A stretch of 64,000 bases of DNA, taken from an uncultured Candidatus Bathyarchaeia archaeon. Its GTDB lineage: Archaea; Thermoproteota; Bathyarchaeia; Bathyarchaeales; Bathyarchaeaceae. Shown here in pieces: positions 27,237 through 35,348 of the stretch. Below the pieces are notes generated by a model. The model did no database searches. It saw nothing but the letters and a program-made list of their open reading frames with translations, and was not told the origin of the DNA. Both the position numbers and the translations under genes were made by a program. Location of the stretch: the NCBI GenBank assembly GCA_964623205.1, contig CAZUQX010000004.1, positions 38,064 to 102,063 of the forward strand, read 5' to 3'. Position 1 is the first letter of the stretch, and every line of letters starts with the position of its first letter.

Positions 27237-29939
27237 CTAGGAACGCATCCTAGCTAAAAATTCAGCAGCTCTAGATGCAGCGCCTTTCCCTTCAGCAACT
27301 GAGTCAGGAATATCTTGAGGCGTGTGGCAACAACCAGATAGGAAAATCCCTGGTTTTGTAGCGTTGAGGGGAGCAAGGAGGGGATGCCCGACTTGAAAGA
27401 AACCATATTCATCCACTCTAATCCCGAGGATCTCTGCCAACACTTTGTTATCAGGTGGCGGAACTAGGGCTGTACATAAGACAACAAGGTCCACCTGAAG
27501 ACTCCTCATTTCCCCAGTCAATGTGTCCTCGTATTTGATGGAGAGGTCAAGCGTCTTTGGGTCTTCTCTTATCTCTGATGGCTTGGCTCTGAAGTATTCG
27601 ATTCCCCATTCTTTTTTTGCTCTGTTTACGAATTCCCGGAATCCCTTTCCGAAGGCTCTAATATCGGTGTAAAAAATTGAGACCTCTGATTCCAGTTCAT
27701 GTTCTTTGATCAGTGCCGCCTCTTTTGTAGCGTACATGCAGCAAACGCTTGAGCAATATGGATAATAGTCTCTCAGGCTTCTGGAGCCCACACATTGTAT
27801 GAAAGCTATCTTATGGGGGATTTTGTTGTCTGAGGGTCTAACTAATTTGCCATCGGTGGGACCGGAGGCAGAGAGTAACCGCTCCAGCTCCATTGATGTT
27901 AAAACGTTTTTGTACTTTCCATAACCATACTCTTTGATGTTTGAAGGGTCGAAGGGGACAAAACCTGTGGCAACTATTATTGCTCCAACGTTAAGGTCAA
28001 TAATTTCTTGTTTTTGATTGTGCCTTATCGCTTCGGGTTCACAAACTTTTTCACATTCGAGGCATAGGGAGCAGCCTCCACAATTAAGGCATCTCTCGGC
28101 TTCTTGCAATGCCATCTCCTCGGTGAAACCGGTCTCAACTTCGTGGAAGCTTTCAACTCTTTTTTTCATTGAAAGGAGAGGCATAATCTGTCTCGCCTTT
28201 TTCTCTACACCCTCCTTTGACACCTCCTCTACAAGTTTGATCTCTTGCCTTTCGACTTTGAGGTCCTCATCCCTCAAATATTGATCAATTGAAATGGCAG
28301 CCCTTTTACCAGCGGCTATGGCATCAACAACTGTTGCTGGTCCTGACACTGCATCTCCGCCAGAGAAAATCCCCGGCAAAGCAGTCTCTAAGGTCACGGG
28401 TTCGCATTTGATGGTCATTCCTTTTGTAACTTCAACTTCTTCTGGGAGAATAGAATTATCCGGTGTTTCACCGATGGCTACTATTACAGCATCTGCATCT
28501 ACAATAAACTCTGAACCCTTGATGGGGAGGGGGCGCCTTCTTCCGCTCTCATCAGGTTCTCCCAGCTCCATTCGAATACATTCGAGAGCAGTAACTTTTC
28601 CTTTCTCTCCCAGAATCTTTTTCGGTGCCACCAAATATTGAAACTTCACTCCTTCATTCTCAGCTTCCTTGGCGTCCGAATGGTACGCTGGCATCTCCTT
28701 CTTAGACCTTCGATATAGAACTCTAACATCTTTGGATCCGAGGCGAAGGGCTGTTCTAGCGGCGTCAACTGCAACATTTCCTCCCCCAATTACAGCAACT
28801 CGATCTCCTAAGTCAACTCTCTTACTTAGGTTAACGTCCTTCAAGAATTCTATGGCAGATAATACTCCCTCGTATTTTTCTCCTTCAATGCCAAGTTTAC
28901 GGCTTTTTTGGGCTCCAATAGCGATTAAGATTGCTTTGTAGCCCTTTTGCTGAAGCTGGTCGATTGTTAAATCCAAACCTATAACCGTGCAAGGTTTGAT
29001 GTTCACTCCATAGTCTTTTAATCGTTTGATTTCGATATCAAGTAATCTTTTGGGTAAACGGTATTCAGGGATTCCTGTCCGTAGCATGCCACCGGGTTCA
29101 GGTGAAGATTCGAAAACTGTTACTGGATATCCCTTCTTTACCAGTTCAAAGGCTGCAGTTAAGCCAGTGGGACCGGAACCAACTATGGCAATTTCTTCTT
29201 CATGTGTCTTAGCTATGGGTTCAACTTTCTCTTCTATTCCATGTTCAAGTTCCCAATCAGTCACAAAACGCTTCAGAGAATTTATCGCCACCGGTTTGTC
29301 AAATGTGCCACGTTCACAATCGGTTTCGCATGGGTGAAAGCAGACTCGACCGCAGATTAGAGGGAGAGGGTTGTCCTTTCTTATGAGTTCAAGAGCTTCC
29401 TTATACTTTCTATCTCTGATAAGAGCTACGTACCCCTGAACGTGAACTCCTGCAGGACAGGACGCCTGACATTTCGGGGTTCCTTTCTTGTCAATTACAA
29501 AAACTTTGGGAACAGCCTGAGGAAAGAGTCGGTATATGGCTTTTCTCGTACCCAAAGCCATATCAAACTCGTTGGGCAATGCAACTGGGCAAGCTTCGGT
29601 GCAGTCGCCGCAACCCGTACACTTTTCTTCGTCAACAAACCGAGATTTCCTTAGTACTTTTACACTGAATTTTCCTGGTTCACCTCTTACATCTTTCACT
29701 ACAGAGTAGGTGAGCAAACTGATGTTCTGCCGGCGATTTACATCAATCATTTTTGGAGCAAGAATACAAATGGAACAATCCATTGTGGGGAAGGTTTTGT
29801 CAAGTTGGGCCATTCGCCCCCCTATACTAGGAGTCTTTTCCACGAGGTAGACATTGAAGCCTCGGTCAGCTAAGTCAAGGGCTGCCTGCATCCCCGCTAT
29901 GCCACCCCCAACAACTAGAACGCTATCATTTACTTTCAT
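27237..29939 (-). CDS. HdrA-like protein with inserted GltD/NfnB-type NAD(P)H-binding module (HdrL-like)
   Basis: HdrA N-part VVGGGIAGMQAALDLA...DKTFPTMDCSICILAPKM. Insert with CQASCPAGVHVQGY...CGRVCFHPCETDC and IVGSGPTGLTAAFEL...GGMLRTGIPEYRLPK. HdrA C-part IAFIQCVGSRS...CSSVCCMYA. Confidence 0.8.
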   Translation of the reverse strand: MKVNDSVLVVGGGIAGMQAALDLADRGFNVYLVEKTPSIGGRMAQLDKTFPTMDCSICILAPKMIDVNRRQNISLLTYSVVKDVRGEPGKFSVKVLRKSRFVDEEKCTGCGDCTEACPVALPNEFDMALGTRKAIYRLFPQAVPKVFVIDKKGTPKCQASCPAGVHVQGYVALIRDRKYKEALELIRKDNPLPLICGRVCFHPCETDCERGTFDKPVAINSLKRFVTDWELEHGIEEKVEPIAKTHEEEIAIVGSGPTGLTAAFELVKKGYPVTVFESSPEPGGMLRTGIPEYRLPKRLLDIEIKRLKDYGVNIKPCTVIGLDLTIDQLQQKGYKAILIAIGAQKSRKLGIEGEKYEGVLSAIEFLKDVNLSKRVDLGDRVAVIGGGNVAVDAARTALRLGSKDVRVLYRRSKKEMPAYHSDAKEAENEGVKFQYLVAPKKILGEKGKVTALECIRMELGEPDESGRRRPLPIKGSEFIVDADAVIVAIGETPDNSILPEEVEVTKGMTIKCEPVTLETALPGIFSGGDAVSGPATVVDAIAAGKRAAISIDQYLRDEDLKVERQEIKLVEEVSKEGVEKKARQIMPLLSMKKRVESFHEVETGFTEEMALQEAERCLNCGGCSLCLECEKVCEPEAIRHNQKQEIIDLNVGAIIVATGFVPFDPSNIKEYGYGKYKNVLTSMELERLLSASGPTDGKLVRPSDNKIPHKIAFIQCVGSRSLRDYYPYCSSVCCMYATKEAALIKEHELESEVSIFYTDIRAFGKGFREFVNRAKKEWGIEYFRAKPSEIREDPKTLDLSIKYEDTLTGEMRSLQVDLVVLCTALVPPPDNKVLAEILGIRVDEYGFFQVGHPLLAPLNATKPGIFLSGCCHTPQDIPDSVAEGKGAASRAAEFLARMRS

Positions 29940-29940
29940 G

Positions 29941-30819
29941 TTAGATTCTCCCCAATTTCTTCAATGTCTCACCGACTGGGCTTAAGTTTAGATTCAGCCC
30001 AAGTTCTTCAACCTTCATGCCCATGGCTAAACCGAGCACTTGAGTAATGTATAATACCGGCATGTTGAGGTCTTTCTGTCCGGTTGAAACCTTGATAGCG
30101 TTTTGTTTGGCGTCAAGCATTTTCGTGCAGAAAGGGCAGATTGTCACTAGGCCATCGAACTCGCGATCTTGTACGGCTCTTAATTTTAGTCCCGAAATTG
30201 TTAGAGCTGTTTTGCCAGTGGTTATGGCTAAGCCTTGGCCACAGCAATCTAAACGTTCTGGGTACTCTTCTGTTGTGGCTCCTAGAGCCTCTATAAGTTC
30301 TTCAATAGATTGAGGGTCTTCCGAGTCATCCGGCATTTCCAGTTTGCTGGGTCTTAAAGCGTGACAACCATAGTGGGCCGCCAACTTCAATCCTGCAAGT
30401 GGCATCTTTACTGCGGCCTGAATGTTATCTATACCAATTACTTCCCGTAAGATCTGTAAGATATGCACAGATTTCGTGTTTCCCGTATAGTTAAGTCCCT
30501 CCATTGAAAGTAGAGAATTTATATGCTCTTTGAGTGTTGGATCCTTCTTCAGATAGTGTTTCACTTCACAAAAAGAAAGGTTGCAGCCATTACATAGTGG
30601 GAAGATGTCCAAGCCGAGCTTCTCAGCGAGAGCTAGATTCCGCGCCGTTAGATAGAACCATGCCGAAACGCTGACGTTTTTTAAAGGATATCCACAACAA
30701 CTGAATCCTTCAACATCTACCAGTTGAATCCCCAATTTTGGAAAGATCCGTCTGGCGGAAATTTCATAAGCGTATTGCTCAGACTGGACTGTGCATCCTG
30801 GATAGAAGGCGAACTTCAT
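29941..30819 (-). CDS. hdrB: Heterodisulfide reductase subunit B-like (two CCG domains)
   Basis: FYPGC...FSCCGYP and AHYGCH...LDCCGQG motifs. Overlaps hdrC by 4 nt. Confidence 0.85.
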   Translation of the reverse strand: MKFAFYPGCTVQSEQYAYEISARRIFPKLGIQLVDVEGFSCCGYPLKNVSVSAWFYLTARNLALAEKLGLDIFPLCNGCNLSFCEVKHYLKKDPTLKEHINSLLSMEGLNYTGNTKSVHILQILREVIGIDNIQAAVKMPLAGLKLAAHYGCHALRPSKLEMPDDSEDPQSIEELIEALGATTEEYPERLDCCGQGLAITTGKTALTISGLKLRAVQDREFDGLVTICPFCTKMLDAKQNAIKVSTGQKDLNMPVLYITQVLGLAMGMKVEELGLNLNLSPVGETLKKLGRI

Positions 30820-31340
30820 TTTTCGTCTCCTTGGAGAGCCTTCTTAAGGGCAATGGCGAACTCTGCAATTTTGGTGGGTTTATTAGCTTCAGGCAAGCTC
30901 AAGGATGCGCGGTCACCAAATTCAAAGGCTCTCTTTGTTTTATCTTCTGGGAGTGGATGCTTACGAATCCTAACTCTTGTAGGCTTTTGAATTACGCCCT
31001 CCTTCAAAACGGAATTTATGAGCGCTGAATAATCTTTGGGGAAAACTAGATTGCGCTCAAAGGCCAAATTCTGTAGAGCTTGAATAACATCATAGGGAGC
31101 AACGTCCCTAGGGCACCTCTCTTTGCAAGCCAAACACTGGGCGCATTTCCAGATGTCCTCAGATTTTAAAAGCTCCTCAACAAAACCGAGCTGGACCATG
31201 GCAATAATTCTTCGAGGTCTGAAGTCGAAAAAGTTCGCGACAGGACAACCACTAGAACATTTTCCACATTGGTGACAATACTCTGGATGATAATCGCCAG
31301 GTACATGCCGCAAACTTGAGCTTAGGTCATTAATACGCAT
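30816..31340 (-). CDS. hdrC: Heterodisulfide reductase subunit C-like
   Basis: CHQCGKCSSGCP and CAQCLACKERCP motifs. First gene of the minus-strand operon. Confidence 0.8.
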   Translation of the reverse strand: MRINDLSSSLRHVPGDYHPEYCHQCGKCSSGCPVANFFDFRPRRIIAMVQLGFVEELLKSEDIWKCAQCLACKERCPRDVAPYDVIQALQNLAFERNLVFPKDYSALINSVLKEGVIQKPTRVRIRKHPLPEDKTKRAFEFGDRASLSLPEANKPTKIAEFAIALKKALQGDEK

Positions 31341-31547
31341 GCCTTTAAGATGGCACCCCCGAAGAAGAAAATGCTATTCGCCATAGGTATTTATTAATTC
31401 TGGTAGACGCAGTTCTGAACAGCTGAAAACACATAAAGGATGTTCCTAATGGGGCTTCGTCAAGTTTCGTTGAAAGTATTGCCATGATTCTTTTTCAGGG
31501 CGTTGTTGCTTCGCAAAAAGAGTGTGCACATGTAAGCAAATTCATAT

Positions 31548-31898
31548 TTGTCCTATGCGATATTTTATAAGTTGAGTGCAAAACATGATACTTCAACAAT
31601 TCATTCTAGTGGGGGGTTGAACATCTCCAAACTGGGTCGCCGGGAATTATTTTTTTTCAACATAACAGATAGGAACATTGAAAGTGTCATAGATGAAATC
31701 AAATCGACCATTACTTTACACAAATACACAATCGATGTTTATTCAGGGAAATATGGAGTGAATGTGATTATTGAGGTATCAGGACCTGATGAGGAAAGAA
31801 TAAGGCAGATCGACTTTGAATTATCTGCCAAAGTCATGGAAATCTGTGAGAAAAGAAACATTGGAGTCCATTTAATCGAACCTATTCAAATATTCTAA
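31548..31898 (+). CDS. Hypothetical protein
   Basis: 116-aa ORF upstream of, and co-oriented with, the RAM-domain gene. Start uncertain. Confidence 0.35.
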   Translation: MSYAIFYKLSAKHDTSTIHSSGGLNISKLGRRELFFFNITDRNIESVIDEIKSTITLHKYTIDVYSGKYGVNVIIEVSGPDEERIRQIDFELSAKVMEICEKRNIGVHLIEPIQIF

Positions 31899-31917
31899 AC
31901 ATAAAGGAGGTGAGAGT

Positions 31918-32178
31918 TTGGTCAATGCTTATATCTTGGCTAAGGTGGAAACCGGGGCAGATAGAGAGGTCTTAAGTGAAATCAGAAATTTTCCAGGAGT
32001 GAAGAAAGTGTGTATGACCTATGGTCCCTTTGACGTAGCTATTGAAGCAACTTTCGAAACTATAGATGATCTTGACGGCTTTATATTCGACAAACTCCGT
32101 AAAACTCCAAATATAAAAGAAACACTGACTGTAATATGCTCAAAAATCATTGCACTTGACAAAAAAAACGAAACATAA
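31918..32178 (+). CDS. Stand-alone Lrp/AsnC ligand-binding (RAM) domain protein
   Basis: AYILAKVETGADREVLSEIRNFPGVKKVCMTYGPFDVAIEATFETIDDLDGFIFDKLRKTPNIKETLT. SD GGAGGTGA upstream of the TTG start. Confidence 0.65.
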   Translation: MVNAYILAKVETGADREVLSEIRNFPGVKKVCMTYGPFDVAIEATFETIDDLDGFIFDKLRKTPNIKETLTVICSKIIALDKKNET

Positions 32179-32435
32179 CTTTGTTTTCCATTGGACGCGC
32201 CTAGAGGCTTGTTAAGTGTGTAAACAGATTTTTAATGCGCCCGCGCATGCATCATAATTCAGTGAATATTATCGCGCGCGCACTTAAAATTGTTAGCAAT
32301 GAATCAATACGAGTTTTCAAACCTTCACAAGAAATAGAGCACAGTTATATGAGCTCGTAAAACAGAAAAAGCTAAGATTAGACTTATTTTTTGGTAATAA
32401 GCCAATTTTCACTTCCTTTTTCAAAAAGAAGCTTT

Positions 32436-32480
32436 GTGGACGGGGCGGGATTTGAACCCGCGGCTTCAGCGATGCCAACG
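32436..32480. repeat. attL: orphan copy of the 3' half of tRNA-Ala
   Basis: gtggacggggcgggatttgaacccgcggcttcagcgatgccaacg, identical to 40038-40082. Confidence 0.9.
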
Positions 32481-33332
32481 ACGCAAAACTTCCGAAAAAA
32501 CAAGCTAAAAATCAGATTAACGGAAAAAATCTTGTCAGATTTTAGCGAATTTATGCGTGTTAATATGAGACTTGCTTCGTATACAGTAAAAACCTCAACT
32601 GAGATTGCAGCTAGGTTCCTGAAAAGTGCTGAATATGTTGTAAGTTATGAAACCATCTCTGACTATCTGAAAGGTTATCTCAGCAAGAGACCTAAAACCT
32701 ATAACAGCCAGATAACCGCTCTAAGAAGATTTGTGAGAGATTTTCTGGGATATGAGAAACTGATTATGCCTTTCCGAATGGCTCCTGTAGACCCAGCGGG
32801 GAACAATGTCAAGCTGCCCTCAAAGTCTCAATTGAGAAAAGGTTTTGAAGTTCAATGCGACAACAGAGCTAAAGCAATTTATCTTTTTACCGCTACTTCA
32901 GGCTTGAGAAAAGGCGAGATTTTAGGTCTAACAAGAGACAAGATTGATCTCAAACTGAGAGCTGCAATTCCACAGCATTTCACTAGGGTTAAGAGAAGCG
33001 GTATCACGTTCTACAATGTTGAGACTGAGAAATGGCTAGAAAAATATTTGGTTTCAAGGTCGGATAGTGATTCAAGACTTTTTGTAATTAGTGATCGGAA
33101 ATGGAAGAAGATTTGGAAGGATTCAAGCAAGGCTGCAAATGTAAAGATTACACCTCAAGTACTTAGAGCTTGGTTTGCAACGGAAATGGGAGAACTTGGC
33201 GTTCCTGATAGGTTTGTGGATGTTTTTCAAGGAAGAGCTCCACGAAGCGTCCTCGCAAAGCATTACACGGGCAAGGGATTGGAAAGGTTGAAGCGGATTT
33301 ATGACAAGGCGGATTTGAAGGTGTTCAGTTAA
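32436..33332 (+). CDS. int: Integrase C-terminal (catalytic) fragment, Int(C), SSV-type tyrosine recombinase
   Basis: The frame reads through att (VDGAGFEPAASAMPT) into ...ATSGLRKGEILGL...LRAWFATEM...FQGRAPRSVLAKHYTG (R...R...Y). There is no start of its own; the upstream TTG at 32391 lies in host flank. Confidence 0.75.
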   Translation: MDGAGFEPAASAMPTTQNFRKNKLKIRLTEKILSDFSEFMRVNMRLASYTVKTSTEIAARFLKSAEYVVSYETISDYLKGYLSKRPKTYNSQITALRRFVRDFLGYEKLIMPFRMAPVDPAGNNVKLPSKSQLRKGFEVQCDNRAKAIYLFTATSGLRKGEILGLTRDKIDLKLRAAIPQHFTRVKRSGITFYNVETEKWLEKYLVSRSDSDSRLFVISDRKWKKIWKDSSKAANVKITPQVLRAWFATEMGELGVPDRFVDVFQGRAPRSVLAKHYTGKGLERLKRIYDKADLKVFS

Positions 33333-33443
33333 AGTGTAGGGCGCGCAGAACCAAGTTAAGATTGTAAATGGGCGTGCATGTTAAATGTTTATTTCAAAAC
33401 TCTATGAAAGCAATAAAAAGAGATTTCAAATTAAAACCATGAT

Positions 33444-34172
33444 TTACCTGAATGTACCTTTGAGGAATTTTTGTTGCTCCTCTTCAAGTCTCTCTATTGG
33501 AGGTTCTAACCAGTTAAATCGATTTAATATCCAAATAGTGTGATTTAGTGCAATCTTATCTCCCTTTCCAAGTAACTCGTCAATAGTGATGTTCTTTTCT
33601 CGTTTGAGATCAGGAATATTGCAAGTATATCCATTAAAGAGAAACCTTCTAGAGTCAAAAAATGTCAATTTGCGATCTTTCATTCCATGCAAAGTAATAG
33701 ACATAAAACAAGTTCCGTTGAACAAGTTCTTTTGTGCAAGTCTTGTAGCAAACTCATAGATTTCTGTAAGACGATACAATGTCATAATCACACCCAAAAC
33801 TGATCCTGGTTTAATATGAGCATATTTAGAAGGTCCAAAAATAGGGCTAGATTCACCTAACCAATCCTCATGACACGCAAAAAGATGCACAAATTGTCCA
33901 CTTTGGTAGATGCGCCATATTTCTTTGTAATACTCAAAATCTGTTATTGACTCCCAATAATCCGTACCAGCAATATAAGGGGGATTCCTTCTACTTACGT
34001 GTGGATAATCCCAACCACGTAATGTTACCTTACTCTCTCGAATTTTTTTGAGACATTCTGGAAGATTAAAACGCTCCTCTTCAAACGCGGTCGGACGGAT
34101 AACAATTTTCCAATAACCGTGTGATTTGATTTTGGTAAGAACAGTTTCTGGAGTTATCTTTTCTTCTGTCAT
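33444..34172 (-). CDS. Hypothetical protein, partner of the AlbA_2 gene
   Basis: 242-aa ORF whose start overlaps the upstream stop (ATGA). No motif recognised. Confidence 0.55.
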   Translation of the reverse strand: MTEEKITPETVLTKIKSHGYWKIVIRPTAFEEERFNLPECLKKIRESKVTLRGWDYPHVSRRNPPYIAGTDYWESITDFEYYKEIWRIYQSGQFVHLFACHEDWLGESSPIFGPSKYAHIKPGSVLGVIMTLYRLTEIYEFATRLAQKNLFNGTCFMSITLHGMKDRKLTFFDSRRFLFNGYTCNIPDLKREKNITIDELLGKGDKIALNHTIWILNRFNWLEPPIERLEEEQQKFLKGTFR

Positions 34173-34783
34173 ATTATATCCTCAATTTGATTGTCGAATG
34201 ATTCCTCGTCCCTTGTATCGCTAGTGGCAGCTATAATGCGTATTAATCCCAAATCAGAATAGCGTTTGATGTCTTGTCTCAATTTTTTATCTACGGCCAT
34301 GTCGATTATCTCTCGCATTTCGGTCTCAGATGGTACTTCAATAGTTTCTGGTTTCCCTCTGGATCGAGTATAGATTTTTCCTCGATGCATTAGACTACCA
34401 TAATCCTTTTTGCAGATAATTGGTGAGTTATTAAATTCCATTACTCGGATCACAACAAACTTCCGTTCATTATGTTCAGGTTTTAATACTTCAAGATCAA
34501 CATAAGGATCTGCGTAGTCTTTTACGAAGTCTTTTATGGAATCCAAATCGTAAGAATCATAATCAGCCTCATTCATGCCCACTGCCTTATAAGTGCCATC
34601 AGTTTGTTCTTCTTCTTTCCCAACAACAATATACCCGCCATCCTTTATATTCGCCATTGCCAATATTGATTTAGTAATCATTGCTTTGAATTTCTTCTCT
34701 TTCCAAGGATTTGAACTCTTAAATTCAATATGCCTTTCTTCAAATGGATGAGTAATCACTTCATTGACAAGTACACTCATCAA
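34169..34783 (-). CDS. AlbA_2 (Schlafen-like, divergent AAA_4) domain protein
   Basis: HIEFKSS...KSILAMANIKDGGYIVVGKEE...FVVIRV...GKIYTRSRGKPETIEVPSETEMREI fits the AlbA_2 pattern (E-F-K, AfaN-GG-iGv, yiR-g). Confidence 0.6.
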   Translation of the reverse strand: MMSVLVNEVITHPFEERHIEFKSSNPWKEKKFKAMITKSILAMANIKDGGYIVVGKEEEQTDGTYKAVGMNEADYDSYDLDSIKDFVKDYADPYVDLEVLKPEHNERKFVVIRVMEFNNSPIICKKDYGSLMHRGKIYTRSRGKPETIEVPSETEMREIIDMAVDKKLRQDIKRYSDLGLIRIIAATSDTRDEESFDNQIEDII

Positions 34784-34935
34784 ACTTCATCTTCTATTGG
34801 CGGTGAGGAATAACAATAATTATGATGTTAGATATAATATCAATATTTTGTAGCTAACTAATATGCGCGCATGTTTCTCTGATAGCTTGACCGAGGTTGT
34901 AAATAACAGTTTAATCTTACAAGGGAGTACATCGG

Positions 34936-34976
34936 TCAATTTATCAATCAATTTATAAATTTATCAATAAATTTAC
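34936..34976. repeat. Iteron-like AT-rich short repeats (AATTTAT x4) in the divergent intergenic region of the element
   Basis: tcaatttat at 34936 and 34948, aatttat at 34958, aatttac at 34970. Confidence 0.5.
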
Positions 34977-35069
34977 TATATATTTAAAAACTACATCATT
35001 TTTTTGTCACATGGTTTACGTTGTCCATTGGTGGAGACAAATCCAAGTGCTTAAGAGGTGTAAAATAAA

Positions 35070-35348
35070 ATGGTTGAGCTTGTTGGAACAGTTAAAACCG
35101 TTAACCCTAAACTTGTCACTTTGATTTCTGGGTACACAACTGTTCATCTACCTGTAAAAGATCCCGATGTTTACTTGACGCTGGTAAAGATGAGTGAAGT
35201 TGCGTCACAACAAGGAGTGAGAATCCGCAACATTAAATTTGTGACAGACGACGACAAGGGCTACGTTACGGACATTCAATGGAAAAATAAAGAAGGAAAG
35301 TGGATTTCGCTCTTGGAGCGCTTCAAAGATGGCAAATATAAAGCGTAA
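35070..35348 (+). CDS. Hypothetical small protein
   Basis: 92-aa ORF with an AGAGGTG SD-like sequence upstream. Overlaps the primase gene start by 20 nt. Confidence 0.45.
   Translation: MVELVGTVKTVNPKLVTLISGYTTVHLPVKDPDVYLTLVKMSEVASQQGVRIRNIKFVTDDDKGYVTDIQWKNKEGKWISLLERFKDGKYKA

Noticed and set aside
21413-29939. Selenocysteine (in-frame TGA) in the HdrA/MvhD genes
   Set aside because: All ORFs are continuous with Cys at the expected positions, so no in-frame TGA needs to be invoked.
32391-32435. Upstream extension (TTG start) of the integrase ORF given in the ORF track
   Set aside because: This part lies in host flank left of attL. The true N-terminus is at 39843-40082 on the other side of the element, so the 32391 start is read-through.
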